64,000 nucleotides of DNA from an uncultured Candidatus Rokubacteria bacterium (GCA_963708025.1 CAVPSB010000023.1:98000-161999); one strand, 5' to 3'; counted from the first letter of the stretch, positions 49,937 through 60,077 are shown. The notes: generated by a model from the letters alone, not told the origin. A program made the numbers and translations.

Positions 49937-50401
49937 ATGGAGCTGGTGATCCTGGTCGGCGTGCCGGCCTCGGGCAAGTCGAGCTTCGTCCGCGCTCGCC
50001 TCGCCGCGACACACCAGCACGTGAGTCAGGACCTTCAGCCACCCGCCGGGCGGGGAGACGCTCGCCAGCGCGAGCTGATCGCGGCCGCCCTTCGGGCCGG
50101 CCGATCGGTCGTCGTCGACAACGTGAGCGCCACGGCGGCCGTCCGGGCGCCGCTGATCCGTCTCGGGCGCGAGCACGGCGCCCGGATCGTCGGCTACTAC
50201 CTGCCGACGGCCGTGGCGGAGGCGGTGGCGCGGAACCGGCAGCGGATCGCCGCCGAGCGGGTGCCGGACGTGGCGATCTATGCCGCCGCGAAGCGGCTCC
50301 AGCCGCCCGCACGGGACGAGGGATTCGATGAGCTCTGGGAAGTGCGTCTCGGGCCGGACGGAGGCTTCGACGTGACTGCCGCGCCGCCTGTCGGGGGCTG
50401 A
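49937..50401 (+). CDS. AAA_33 / polynucleotide-kinase-like P-loop protein
   Basis: VILVGVPASGKSSF, VVVDN, RNRQR...VP, EGFDE. Confidence 0.8.
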   Translation: MELVILVGVPASGKSSFVRARLAATHQHVSQDLQPPAGRGDARQRELIAAALRAGRSVVVDNVSATAAVRAPLIRLGREHGARIVGYYLPTAVAEAVARNRQRIAAERVPDVAIYAAAKRLQPPARDEGFDELWEVRLGPDGGFDVTAAPPVGG

Positions 50402-50422
50402 CGCGAGTCCGCGGGGACCCGG

Positions 50423-50692
50423 TTAGCCGGCCTCGGTCGCCAGGTCGGAGGGCGGCTGGAGCGCCTCGACCACGATGAAGCCGTGGGTGTACCACATGGG
50501 GTCGGGCGCCGTCCGGCGCTCGCTGCGCCGGCGCTCCAGCGTCACCGGGCGGATCATGACGCGGCGCTCCCGTTCCCGGCGATCCCAGATCGCCCGGGTT
50601 CCCTTCGGCCAGCGATCGAGGTTGTCCTGGATGGCTTGAAAGATTCCCGCCTCGCCTCGGCGCACGATGATGAGCCGGTGTGGCAGGCGCAT
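50423..50692 (-). CDS. Small hypothetical protein with DRR..ERR...ERR motif
   Basis: IIVRR...IWDRRERERR...ERRRSERR...W..HGFIVV; similar layout to 51306-51587; start uncertain. Confidence 0.6.
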   Translation of the reverse strand: MRLPHRLIIVRRGEAGIFQAIQDNLDRWPKGTRAIWDRRERERRVMIRPVTLERRRSERRTAPDPMWYTHGFIVVEALQPPSDLATEAG

Positions 50693-51305
50693 GCCAGGAG
50701 GGCGCAGCATCTGCCGTGCCAGCGACGACGAGGGACGCGAGCGCAATCGCGACGCGACCTTGGCCCTCGCCCTCGCGCCGCCGCGCCCGGGGGCCGGTCA
50801 GTTTCCCACCGGAGTGGCTCCGCTCCGCTGGTCACAAGCTGAGCGTAGGTCAGTCCGCAGAACCGGAGACCGCGACCAGGAGGGGGCGGTCGCGACACGC
50901 GGGAGTGATAGCGCCGCCCCGTGCGCGGTCGCAACTTCCGCGACCCGGCGGCCCCGCCGTGACGGTCGAGTCCCGGCGGGCCCCCGACGTGAGGCGATCG
51001 AGCAGCGCCCCGGCCTCGCGCAGCAGGGGGTCGAGGCCGTTCTACCAGTCGGGCTGTCCTCGGGGGCGGTCTGACGGGCCGTATGGCGGAGGCCGGACCA
51101 GCGTGCCAGGATGGCCACGAATGAGCCAGCCTGGGCTCGAGATTGCTCAGAGTCTTGCCGGCCGGCCTCCCATACGCGCTGCCCCACCCCGAAAATCCGC
51201 GCCATGACGGGCCTCGCGCGACGAGGCGTCGTGGCACGCTCCGTGCTGGGATTCCCGATCCCGGGAGCGGCCGAGCACGGAAAGGACCGGGCATGGGGGA
51301 GTCGG

Positions 51306-51587
51306 GTGATCGTCGTCGTTGACCGCCAGCGCCGGGATCTCCATGCCTTCCTGCGGCGAGAGCTCGCCGGCCGGGCGCTTGTCCTCCTCGACCGGCGCAC
51401 CCGGACCGGATCCGCGGAGATGCCCAGCGAGCGCCGGCACACCCCCTCGGTGGCCGATGCCGTCTTGTGGCAGGACCACGGGTGTTTCGTGGTCGGCACG
51501 CTCGGCGGCGCCTCGGGTGACGTCGCGAGCCTTCGCGCCGAGGTGCGGCGTCTGGCCCGGCAGCTCCTCCCACAGGTGGCCGGCTGA
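51306..51587 (+). CDS. Small hypothetical protein with DRR...ERR motif
   Basis: SD GGGGAG before GTG; IVVVDR...LLDRR...ERR...W.DHG.FVV; start uncertain. Confidence 0.55.
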   Translation: MIVVVDRQRRDLHAFLRRELAGRALVLLDRRTRTGSAEMPSERRHTPSVADAVLWQDHGCFVVGTLGGASGDVASLRAEVRRLARQLLPQVAG

Positions 51588-51790
51588 AGGCGAACGCCGC
51601 TCGTGCGTCTCGATTCTCAGCCTGGTCTGGCCCTATCCGATGCAGGGTGCGGCTGGGTCCGTGTGACGTGCGATGCCAGATACGGGAGGGGTGAGTGGTA
51701 GAGAGACGGACGCTCGCGGGTCCCGAGTCCTTCTTGGACCGCACGCTGGCCGCGATCCTGGCCGCGTACGATCACCCGGACGAAGCGGAT

Positions 51791-52196
51791 GTGACGTCGC
51801 GGCGTTCCCGGGTGCTCCTCGTTCGACGACTCGCGCACGATGCGCGGTGCCGTCCTGGGGGCGCTCGAGGCCGCCGGCTTCGAGACGATCGCCGTGGGCG
51901 ACGTCACCGAAGCGCTGGACGCGCTCGCCCAGCGACGCTTCGACGTCGTGCTGGCCGACTACCTCCTTCCCGGGTTCAGCGGGCTCGAGCTGCTGGCCGC
52001 GATCAAGAACGCGGCCCCTCGCACGCCGCTGATCTTGTACTCCGGCTCGATGACGAAGGCGCTCGCCGCCGAGGCTCAAGACTCCGGCGTCGCCGCGGTG
52101 CTGGAGACGCCGATTTCCGTCGAGCGGCTGGTGGAGGCCGTCCGAGCGGCGCTGCCTCGTGACGGTGGCCGCCAGGCTTCGGGCGTCCAGCGGTGA
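51791..52196 (+). CDS. Single-domain response regulator receiver; +1 frameshift at about 51822
   Basis: RVLLV|DDSRTMR, FDVVLADYLLPGFSGLEL, LILYSG; conserved KP replaced by TP. Confidence 0.75.
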
Positions 52197-52242
52197 GCAC
52201 CCGGGCGGGGTCACCGTGACCCCGCGGCCCGCCTAGTTTCTT

Positions 52243-52276
52243 CCGGGGGCTCTCGGAAGACCCCCCGATCCCCCCC
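52243..52276. repeat. Family D short hairpin repeat
   Basis: CCGGGGGCTCTCGGAAGACCCCCCGATCCCCCC. Confidence 0.7.
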
Positions 52277-52481
52277 TTGGTTGCGGCGGCAAGCCGCCGC
52301 TCGGACGCTGCATGCGGCCGAGCACGGCCGGCCGCAGCCGTTCCCGATACTCCGACAGGCTCTTGGGCGCGCGATCGGCGTCTGCCCGCTGGCGACGGCC
52401 CCGGATCCCGGACGGTCACAGTCTGGCCGGCTCGCCACCGGGGTCTGGATTTGGCCCGGCCCCACGGCTATGATCGGTCCC

Positions 52482-52784
52482 GTGCGAGTCTGTCCCGGCT
52501 GGGCCCGCTTCGTCACGGTGACGCTCCTGCTGTGTATTGGCATCGGCCTGGTCTCCATCGTCCTGCCCGAGGCGCTCGAGCCGTCGGGATACTATGACGG
52601 GGACGAGGACGACGCCGCCGCGACGCCCGAACGCAGCTCGGACCTCGTCCCCCGGGTCGCGACCGCGAGGCTGGCCTTCCTGCCGGCCCTGACATCAGCC
52701 CCCCTCGCGCTCCCGGTCAGTCCCGTGAGCCCGCCCGCTCCCGGTCGGTCTCAGCCCCCGCCTTTCCGCGCGCCGCCCGCGTAG
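52482..52784 (+). CDS. Small membrane protein with acidic patch and C-terminal RAPP motif (candidate translation-arrest leader peptide)
   Basis: TM FVTVTLLLCIGIGLVSIVL; GYYDGDEDDA; Pro-rich tail ending FRAPPA*; TATGAT -10 ending 7 nt before the GTG (alternative start ATG 52470). Confidence 0.7.
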   Translation: MRVCPGWARFVTVTLLLCIGIGLVSIVLPEALEPSGYYDGDEDDAAATPERSSDLVPRVATARLAFLPALTSAPLALPVSPVSPPAPGRSQPPPFRAPPA

Positions 52785-53086
52785 CCCGTTCGCGTCCCCA
52801 CCACCGCGCCCTCACCGCTCGGCCCCGTCCGAGCACGCGGTCGGAATCGTGGCCTCTGGCCGGCGTGAACCACGTCTATTGAGCGAACACGGGCAAGGAG
52901 CACGAGTGCCCGGGTGGCAAGCGTTCGGGAGTCTGGAAGGAGTTCAGGACCTGACGGGAGTTGCGAGTGTGTGCGCGCTGGTGCTGCTGGTGACTCGCCG
53001 CACAAGGGCGACTCGGGCCGGAGCACCCCCTGGGAAGTGCACCCCGTGACCCGGATCGAGGTGTGCTGCTGGCGGGAGCTCGCGTG

Positions 53087-53896
53087 ATGGGGATCCTGGG
53101 CTTGGTCGACGACCTGCCGAAAGCCATCCTGGTGGTCGTCGTCGCGACCGTGGGCCTGTTCGCCGCGTGGATCGTCGTCGATCGCCGCGGCCCGACCGCC
53201 AGCGCGATCCGGCGGGCGTTCCGGCGCTCCCCGTGGCCCGGGCGCGGCCTCGTCGTCCTCCTCGCGGTGCCGCTGCTCGTCGCTTTGGCCGAGGACGTCG
53301 TCGAGCGAGAACACGACGAGACGGTGCTCCAGTTCGACCAGTGGGTCCGGGAAGCGGTCCGGACGGCCAGCAGCCAGGATCCGGTCCGGACCGGGGCGGG
53401 GCTGGTGAGCTGGCTGACGGGTCCAGGGCTGGTCGCGGCCGTGCTGATCCTCGCGGCCGGTCTCGCCGGCGCCCGGCGGCGATGGGACGCCGCGGCGCTG
53501 GTGCTCGGCACGGCGAGCGCCTGGCTCCTCTCGGCGGGCCTCAAGGTCCTGTTTGGCGTGATGCGGCCCCGGGCGCATCACAGCATCTACGAGATCAGCC
53601 GCTACGGCTTCCCGAGCGCGCACGTGCTGGTCACGATCGTCGCCGGGGGGCTCCTGGCCTGGGTCTTCGGCCGCGACGCTCCACGGCCCGTGCGGGTCAC
53701 CCTGTACCTGGGGGCGTGCGCGGTGGCGACCGGTGCGGGCCTGGCCCGGATGATCCTTGACGCGCACTGGCTGAGCGACGTCGTCGCGGGCTTTGCGGTG
53801 GGGCTCATGTGGCTGACCCTCGTCACCTCCGTGCTGGCCCGGCGATGCGATCCCCGCCCGGTGGCGGGAGCCGCGCCGCGAGCCGGCCGCGAGTGA
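53087..53896 (+). CDS. PAP2-family phosphatase (undecaprenyl-PP/lipid phosphatase-like)
   Basis: K......RP, GFPSAH, ARM...AHW.SDV..G motifs; multi-TM; start uncertain (53063-53087). Confidence 0.85.
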   Translation: MGILGLVDDLPKAILVVVVATVGLFAAWIVVDRRGPTASAIRRAFRRSPWPGRGLVVLLAVPLLVALAEDVVEREHDETVLQFDQWVREAVRTASSQDPVRTGAGLVSWLTGPGLVAAVLILAAGLAGARRRWDAAALVLGTASAWLLSAGLKVLFGVMRPRAHHSIYEISRYGFPSAHVLVTIVAGGLLAWVFGRDAPRPVRVTLYLGACAVATGAGLARMILDAHWLSDVVAGFAVGLMWLTLVTSVLARRCDPRPVAGAAPRAGRE

Positions 53897-53996
53897 GACA
53901 GAACGGGTGAGCGGTGTCGGTTGACGCCTCCCACCGCTCGACGTGGTCATCCCGGCCATCGGGAGGTGTTCAGAGGACGACGTCGGCCCCGCCCGC

Positions 53997-55214
53997 CTAC
54001 GCCTTGGTGTACTTCCGCGCGTAGGCGCGGCGGCACGCCGTCTTCAGCTCGGCGGCGTCGTCGGTCCGGCCGCGGAACCGCTCGATCGAGAACTCGCCGA
54101 GATCGAGCTCGCAGGAGCCGTCCAGGATCAGGTCCGCCAGCGAGCGGCCGATCACGGGGGAGATGGACAGGCCTCCCACGTTGCACGCGGAGGCGATGTA
54201 GAAGCCCGGGAGATGGGCGACCGGCCCGATGATGTGCTGGCCGTCCGGCGACATCGTCGGCAAGCCACCGCGATGCTCGCGGATCTTCGCGTGCTCGAGG
54301 GCGGGGAAGTGCGTCTGCACCTCCCGGTAGAGGCCCCACAGCACCTCGACGTCGAGGGGCAGGTCCGCGATCTGGAATCCCTCGGGCTGGCTCCGCATGT
54401 CGAGCTGCAGCGGGGTGTCCTCGTAGCCGCCCAGCATCAGCCCGCCCGCCTCGGGGCGCGTGTATATGCTCGGCTCGTGAATTCGCACGATCGGATGGTG
54501 CGGCTCGATCCCGGGGATCGGCTCCGTGATGAAGAGCTGGTGTCGGGTCGGGATCACCGGCACCCGGATCCCGACCTCGTCCCCCAGGAGGGCCGACCAG
54601 GCGCCCGCCGCGTCCAGGACGGCGACGCAGCGGATCTCGCCGCCGGGCGTGCGCACGCCGGTGATGCGTCCCTGCTCGTGCAGGATCGCGGTGACCGGCG
54701 TGTGGGGTCGCACTGCCACCCCCAGATCGGCGGCGGCCGCCGCGAAGGCGCTGGCAACGAGCGGGGGATGGAAGTACCCGTCCTCGGGCGAGAAGAGGAT
54801 AGCGCGGGCCGCGCCGGCCCGAAAGTGCGGGGCCAGCCGCTCGGCCTCCCCGCCCGACAGGAACTGGACCTCGACCCCCAGGCGCTGGGCGTGGGCGGCG
54901 TCCCGCCGCATCCGGGCCTCGCCCTCGGGGGTGAGGAGGACCCGCATGGCGCCCACGCGCGTGAACCGGATCGAGCGCCCGGTGGCCTTCTCGAACCCGG
55001 CCAGCGCCTCCACGGTCTCGTCCATCAGCCGGATCATCAGCTCGGTCGACGCGATCTTCGAGGTGAGGCCGGCGGCGCGTGGGGACGTCTGCGAACCGAG
55101 GGCGTGTCGGTCGAGCAGGACGACGTCGCGGGCGCCGCGCCGGGCCAGGTGATAGGCGGTGCTCGCTCCGAATCCCCCCGATCCGATGACGACGACGCGG
55201 GCTTCTTCCACCAT
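53997..55214 (-). CDS. FAD-dependent oxidoreductase (DAO / sarcosine oxidase beta / DMGDH N-terminal family)
   Basis: VIGSGGFGAS.AYHL, TSPRAAG, DAAGAW, GGLPTMSPDG. Confidence 0.9.
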   Translation of the reverse strand: MVEEARVVVIGSGGFGASTAYHLARRGARDVVLLDRHALGSQTSPRAAGLTSKIASTELMIRLMDETVEALAGFEKATGRSIRFTRVGAMRVLLTPEGEARMRRDAAHAQRLGVEVQFLSGGEAERLAPHFRAGAARAILFSPEDGYFHPPLVASAFAAAAADLGVAVRPHTPVTAILHEQGRITGVRTPGGEIRCVAVLDAAGAWSALLGDEVGIRVPVIPTRHQLFITEPIPGIEPHHPIVRIHEPSIYTRPEAGGLMLGGYEDTPLQLDMRSQPEGFQIADLPLDVEVLWGLYREVQTHFPALEHAKIREHRGGLPTMSPDGQHIIGPVAHLPGFYIASACNVGGLSISPVIGRSLADLILDGSCELDLGEFSIERFRGRTDDAAELKTACRRAYARKYTKA

Positions 55215-55242
55215 GACGGCTCCCTTCCCTGATACGGAACCC

Positions 55243-55950
55243 TTACAGCTCACCGAGGTAGGCGCGGCGAATCCCTTCGCTCTTCAAGAGCTCGGCCGCC
55301 GGCCCCGCCATGACGATCTCACCGATCCGTAGCACGTAGCCGCGGTGGGCGATGGACAGCGCCATCGCCGCGTTCTGCTCCACCATGAACACCGTGACGC
55401 CGTTCCGGTTGATGTCCTGGATCAGCCGGAAGTTCCGCTCGACCAGGGCCGGCGAGAGGCCCATCGACGGCTCGTCCATGAGCAGGAGCCGAGGCCGCGA
55501 CATGAGCGCGCGCGCCATCGCGAGCATCTGCTGCTCGCCGCCCGAGAGCGTCCCGGCCTGCTGGCCGAGCCGCTCGCGCAGCCGCGGGAACAGCCCGAGC
55601 ACGCGCTCCAGATCGGTGCGGACCGCTGGCCGATCCGTCCGGAGGAAGGCGCCCATCTCCAGGTTCTCGCGGATGGTCATCCGGGGGAACACGCGGCGGT
55701 TCTCCGGCACGATGGCGAGGCCCATCTCGATCCGCCGCGCGGTGCGGGCGTCGTTGATCACCCGGCCCTCGAACTCCACGGTGCCGTGCGTCGGGCGGAC
55801 CGCGCCCAGGATGGTCTTCATGGTCGTCGACTTGCCCGAGGCGTTCCCGCCGAGCAGGCAGACGATCTCGCCCTCGGTGACCTCCAGGCTCACGGCGCGC
55901 AGAACCTGGATGCGGCCGTAGTGGGTGTCGACCTCACGGAGTCGGAGCAC
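55243..55950 (-). CDS. livF: Branched-chain amino acid-type ABC ATP-binding protein
   Basis: GGNASGKST, VPENRRVF, LSGGEQQMLAMARALM, DEPSMGL, AYLG. Confidence 0.9.
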   Translation of the reverse strand: MLRLREVDTHYGRIQVLRAVSLEVTEGEIVCLLGGNASGKSTTMKTILGAVRPTHGTVEFEGRVINDARTARRIEMGLAIVPENRRVFPRMTIRENLEMGAFLRTDRPAVRTDLERVLGLFPRLRERLGQQAGTLSGGEQQMLAMARALMSRPRLLLMDEPSMGLSPALVERNFRLIQDINRNGVTVFMVEQNAAMALSIAHRGYVLRIGEIVMAGPAAELLKSEGIRRAYLGEL

Positions 55951-56743
55951 CCGTCTCCACCTTTCCCAGGTACGCCTCGACGACCGCCGGATGGCGTGCG
56001 ACGTCCTCGGGCCGCCCTTCGGCGATCCGCTCCCCGTAGTTCAGCGCGATCACGCGATCGGCGGCCTCCATGACGACCCGCATGTCGTGCTCGATGAGCA
56101 GCACCGTGACCCCGCGATCCCGGATCGCCCGGATCACGCCGGTCATCTCGCGCTTCTCGGAGGGGTTCATGCCCGCCGTCGGCTCGTCCAGGAGCAGGAG
56201 CCGCGGCTGCGTCGCGAGGGCGCGGGCGATCTCCAGCCGCCGCCGATTGGCGTACGACAGGCTGCGGGCCGGCCAGTCTCGCCGCGGCAGCAGGCGGTCG
56301 CCGAAGAACCCGAGCAGCGTCTCGGCCATCCGCTCGGCCGCCGTCGCTTCCTCGACCACCCAGGCGGGGCGGAAGATCGCCGCGATCACACCGGCCCGGC
56401 GCCGGCAGTGGCGGCCGACCAGGACGTTCTCCAGCACGCTCAGGTTCGGAAACACGCGCAAGGTCTGAAACGTGCGCGAGATGCCCAGCTCGGCGATCCG
56501 GTGCGGCTCCCGGCGACCCAGGTCCACCGGTGGCGCTCCGAAGAGGATGCGGCCGGCGCTGACCGGGTACAGCCCGGTGACGCAGTTGAAGAGCGTGGTC
56601 TTCCCCGAGCCGTTGGGGCCGATCAACCCCAGGATCTCGCCCTCCAGGGCCTCGAAGGACAGGCCGGCCAGGGCGCGCAACCCGCCGAAGCTCTTGGTCA
56701 CCTGCTCGACGCTCAGCAGAGCGGCCACTGGAGGGTCAGGCAT
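55934..56743 (-). CDS. livG: Branched-chain amino acid-type ABC ATP-binding protein
   Basis: FGGL.AL, GPNGSGKTT, RTFQ, LEIARAL, DEPTAGMN, IEHDM. Confidence 0.9.
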   Translation of the reverse strand: MPDPPVAALLSVEQVTKSFGGLRALAGLSFEALEGEILGLIGPNGSGKTTLFNCVTGLYPVSAGRILFGAPPVDLGRREPHRIAELGISRTFQTLRVFPNLSVLENVLVGRHCRRRAGVIAAIFRPAWVVEEATAAERMAETLLGFFGDRLLPRRDWPARSLSYANRRRLEIARALATQPRLLLLDEPTAGMNPSEKREMTGVIRAIRDRGVTVLLIEHDMRVVMEAADRVIALNYGERIAEGRPEDVARHPAVVEAYLGKVETGAPTP

Positions 56744-57755
56744 CAGGGACCAGCGCCGGGGCGCGGGCGGGCTCGTCCTCCGGCCGGCCCGGCTCGCCGA
56801 CCCACACGCGGCCGAGGATCCCCTGGGGCCGGGCGTACATGATCGCCACCATCGCCAGCCCGAACGCGAGCAACCGGAACCGGGCCGCCTCGCGCAGGAG
56901 CTCGGGCAGCCCGATGAAGACGACGGCGCCCACGATGACCCCCGGGATGCTGGCGGACCCGCCGATGACGACGATGCAAACCACCAGGATCGACTCCACG
57001 AAGGTGAAGCTCTCCGGCGAGACGAAGCCGGTGCGACCGGCGAAGAAGCTGCCGGCGCCCCCCGCGAAGCTCGCCCCCAGGGCGAACGCCAGCAGCTTCG
57101 CGCGCCGGACGTTCACGCCCATCGCGCCGGCGGCCAGCTCGTCCTCGCGGATCGCGGTCCAGGCGAGCCCGACGCGCGAGTTGACCAGCCGGACGACCAC
57201 GAAGACGGCGAGGACGTCCAGGGCCAGGATCAGGAAGTAGTACGCCTGGAGATTCAGCCCGAAATCGAACGTCCCGCCGCCGGGGATCGGGAGCCGCGGG
57301 TGCGGGACGTTCATGATGCCCATGGGGCCGTTGGTGAGGGCGCGCCAGTTGTTGAGCGTGATCCGGATGATCTCCCCGAATCCGAGGGTGACGATGGCGA
57401 GGTAGTCTCCGCTGAGCCGCAGCGTCGGATAGCCCAGGAGGACCCCGAAGACGGCCGCCAGCGCGGCGCCGGTCGGCAGGAGCACCCAGAAGCTGACGCC
57501 GAAGTGCGTGGAGAGGAGGGCGGTCCAGTACGCCCCGATCGCGTAGAACGCGATGTAGCCGAGGTCCAGCAGCCCGGCCTGGCCGATGACGATGCCGAGC
57601 CCCAGGCCGAGGATCGAGTAGATGCCGACCAGGACCGCGACGTCGAGCAGGTAGTCGTCGGCCACCAGACCGAAGCCGAGGAGGCCCGCCAGCAGGAGGC
57701 CGAGCAAGAGGCGACGATGCCGCCGGCGGGGCGACGGTCCGGAAGACGCGACCAC
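56736..57755 (-). CDS. livM: Branched-chain amino acid-type ABC permease
   Basis: GLLDLGY.AF..IGAY, LRLSGDYLAIVTLGFGEI, AIREDE.AA. Confidence 0.9.
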   Translation of the reverse strand: MVASSGPSPRRRHRRLLLGLLLAGLLGFGLVADDYLLDVAVLVGIYSILGLGLGIVIGQAGLLDLGYIAFYAIGAYWTALLSTHFGVSFWVLLPTGAALAAVFGVLLGYPTLRLSGDYLAIVTLGFGEIIRITLNNWRALTNGPMGIMNVPHPRLPIPGGGTFDFGLNLQAYYFLILALDVLAVFVVVRLVNSRVGLAWTAIREDELAAGAMGVNVRRAKLLAFALGASFAGGAGSFFAGRTGFVSPESFTFVESILVVCIVVIGGSASIPGVIVGAVVFIGLPELLREAARFRLLAFGLAMVAIMYARPQGILGRVWVGEPGRPEDEPARAPALVPDA

Positions 57756-57761
57756 GCGCGG

Positions 57762-58688
57762 TCAGACCTTCTGCGGGAGCTGTTGGCCCAGCAGCCCGGC
57801 GGGCCGCAAGACCAGCACGGCGATGAGCACCGCGAAGGCGATGACGTCGCGCCAGTGGGCGCCGACGAACCCGGCACCGAAGCTCTCCACCACGCCGAGC
57901 AGCAACCCGCCCACCATGGCCCCGCGCAGGTTGCCGATCCCGCCGAGGACGGCCGCGGTGAAGGCCTTGAGCCCGGCGACGTACCCCATGAAGAAGTCGA
58001 TGATGCCGTAGTAGAGGCCGACCATGACGCCCGCTCCGGCGGCCAGGACGGATCCCATCAGGAAGGTCAGCGCGATCACCCGGTTGACCTCCACGCCCAT
58101 GAAGCCGGCCGCCTCGGCGTCCTGGGCGACCGCGCGCATGGCCTTCCCCCAGCGCGTGCGCCGGACGAACTGGTCGAGCCCGACCATCAGGAGCAGCGCG
58201 GTCGCCAGCAGGAGGAGCTGGACGTTGGTGAACACCGCCCCGCCGGCGTGGTAGAGCTGCTTGGGAATGAGCTGGGGGAACGCCTTGGGCCGGGCCCCCA
58301 CCAGCAGCATGACCGCGTTCTGGATGAACAGCGAGACGCCGAGGGCGGAGATGAGGGGGCCGAGCCGGGACGCGCTCCGGACGGGCCGGTAGGCCACCCG
58401 CTCGATGGCGACGCCGAGCACCCCGCAGCCGACCATGGCGCCCAGGTACACGGCGGCGAGCACGATGGCCAGGCCGCCGGCGGCGGCGGGCGGTCCCAGG
58501 AGCGCCAGCACCACCAGGCCGAGAAAGCTACCGACCATGAACACGTCGCCGTGGGCGAAGTTGATCATCTCGAGCACGCCATAGACCATCGTGTACCCGA
58601 GGGCGATCAGGGCGTAGAGGGCGCCGACCGTCAGCCCGTTGATGAGCTGTTGCAGGTAGAGCGCGCCGAGCGATCCGTCCATAAGCAC
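57762..58688 (-). CDS. livH: Branched-chain amino acid-type ABC permease
   Basis: YALIALGYTMVYGVL.MINFAHG, KAFTAAVLGGIG. Confidence 0.9.
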   Translation of the reverse strand: MLMDGSLGALYLQQLINGLTVGALYALIALGYTMVYGVLEMINFAHGDVFMVGSFLGLVVLALLGPPAAAGGLAIVLAAVYLGAMVGCGVLGVAIERVAYRPVRSASRLGPLISALGVSLFIQNAVMLLVGARPKAFPQLIPKQLYHAGGAVFTNVQLLLLATALLLMVGLDQFVRRTRWGKAMRAVAQDAEAAGFMGVEVNRVIALTFLMGSVLAAGAGVMVGLYYGIIDFFMGYVAGLKAFTAAVLGGIGNLRGAMVGGLLLGVVESFGAGFVGAHWRDVIAFAVLIAVLVLRPAGLLGQQLPQKV

Positions 58689-58763
58689 TCCTGGGGACTC
58701 GGAGCGGAGCGAGGGAGGGCGCCGCCGGGCAGCGCCCGTCCGCTCACCGTCCGGAGGACAGGC

Positions 58764-59927
58764 CTACTTGGGAAGCCGATCAGCGGGGATGTTGGCGGCC
58801 TTCACGTACTCCCACTTCCCGTTCTTCACGCAGAAGATGCCGATGACCTGGTTGACGGTGTCGCCCCGGTCGTTGAAGACCGTCTTGCCGAGCGCGCCTT
58901 CATAAGGCGTGACCTGGCGCACGGCCTTGAGGATCTCGGCCCGGTCCTTCTTGCCGACCTTCTCGGTGGCCCGCACGAGTATGTGCATCGCCTCGTACGC
59001 GAACACGCTGTACTGCTGGGGGCTTTCATTGTACTTCTTCTTGAACCCCTCGACGAACTTCGAGGCCGTCGGCAGCTTGTTGACGTCGGCTCCCAGCGCG
59101 GTCGCGCAGACGCCCTCGACCGCGGGGCCGCCCAGCTTGATGAGGTCGTCCGAGTACAGGCCGTCCGGCCCCAGGACGTCGAGCTTGAGGCCGAGGTCCT
59201 TCGCCTGCTTCATGGCCAGCGCGACGTCCGCGAAGACGGTGACCAGGTAGAGGGCATCGGGGTTCTTCTGCTTCAGGCTGGTGAGCACGGGGGTCCAGTC
59301 GCGCTCCCCCCAGTTCACACCCTCGAAGGTCAGGATCTCGGCGCCGTCCTTCTTGGCGAGGTCCCGGAACATCTCGCCGATGGTCACCCCCGGGATCGTG
59401 TTGTCGTGGATGATGGCGATCCGCTTCTTCTTCCATTCGCCGACCATGTACGCTTCCCCGCCGACGGCCTGGAAGTCGTTGGTCGAGCCGACCCGGAAGA
59501 TGTTGGTGAAGCCCTGCCGCGTCAGCTTGGGATCGCTGGCGACCGCGAACAGCGGCAGCTTCGCCTCCGAGTAAATCGGCGACGCCGGGATGGCCACCCC
59601 GCTGTTCCACGGGCCGATCACGCCCATCACGTCGTTGCTCACCTTCAGCTTGTTGGCGACCGTGATGCCGACCTTGGGATCGGCCTGGTCGTCCATGGGC
59701 AGGATCTCGTACTTGAACTTGAGCTTGGCCGGGTCGTACTCCGCGAGCGCCAGCTCGGCCCCCCGGATCAGCTCGGTCCCCCAGGCTGCCTGGGGCCCCG
59801 ACTGGGGGCTGGTGACGGCGATGACGACCTTGGGTTGCTGCGCCACCGCGCCGGTCACCAGAGCCAGCATCACCGTCACGCCGACGACCGCCAGCCACGC
59901 GCCGCGCGCTCTACCGTGCCTCATCAT
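58764..59927 (-). CDS. Branched-chain amino acid-type ABC substrate-binding protein (LivJ/LivK family)
   Basis: SD AAGGAGG; signal peptide; DDQADP, VIGPWNSGVAIP, FND.GD. Confidence 0.9.
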   Translation of the reverse strand: MMRHGRARGAWLAVVGVTVMLALVTGAVAQQPKVVIAVTSPQSGPQAAWGTELIRGAELALAEYDPAKLKFKYEILPMDDQADPKVGITVANKLKVSNDVMGVIGPWNSGVAIPASPIYSEAKLPLFAVASDPKLTRQGFTNIFRVGSTNDFQAVGGEAYMVGEWKKKRIAIIHDNTIPGVTIGEMFRDLAKKDGAEILTFEGVNWGERDWTPVLTSLKQKNPDALYLVTVFADVALAMKQAKDLGLKLDVLGPDGLYSDDLIKLGGPAVEGVCATALGADVNKLPTASKFVEGFKKKYNESPQQYSVFAYEAMHILVRATEKVGKKDRAEILKAVRQVTPYEGALGKTVFNDRGDTVNQVIGIFCVKNGKWEYVKAANIPADRLPK

Positions 59928-60077
59928 GCTGTCCTCCTTGGGCTCGACGGGGCCCTTCATGCTCCGAAACCAGGCGCCGGCGCCGGTCCTCCAGCGGCGG
60001 CGTTCACGCCGGACCGTAGCCCGGGCCGGCCCCACTGTCAAGACGTGGGGTGATGCGGTAGACTCCTCGGAGCCGGG

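Noticed and set aside
52790-53060. Known riboswitch or ncRNA upstream of the PAP2 gene
   Set aside because: No recognisable consensus by eye; an Rfam search would be needed
56472-60053. 1193-aa plus-strand ORF, and similar long antisense ORFs such as 17790-20594, 43483-46158 and 46322-48859
   Set aside because: Shadow frames of well-supported genes on the opposite strand; expected at this GC content; no recognisable motifs
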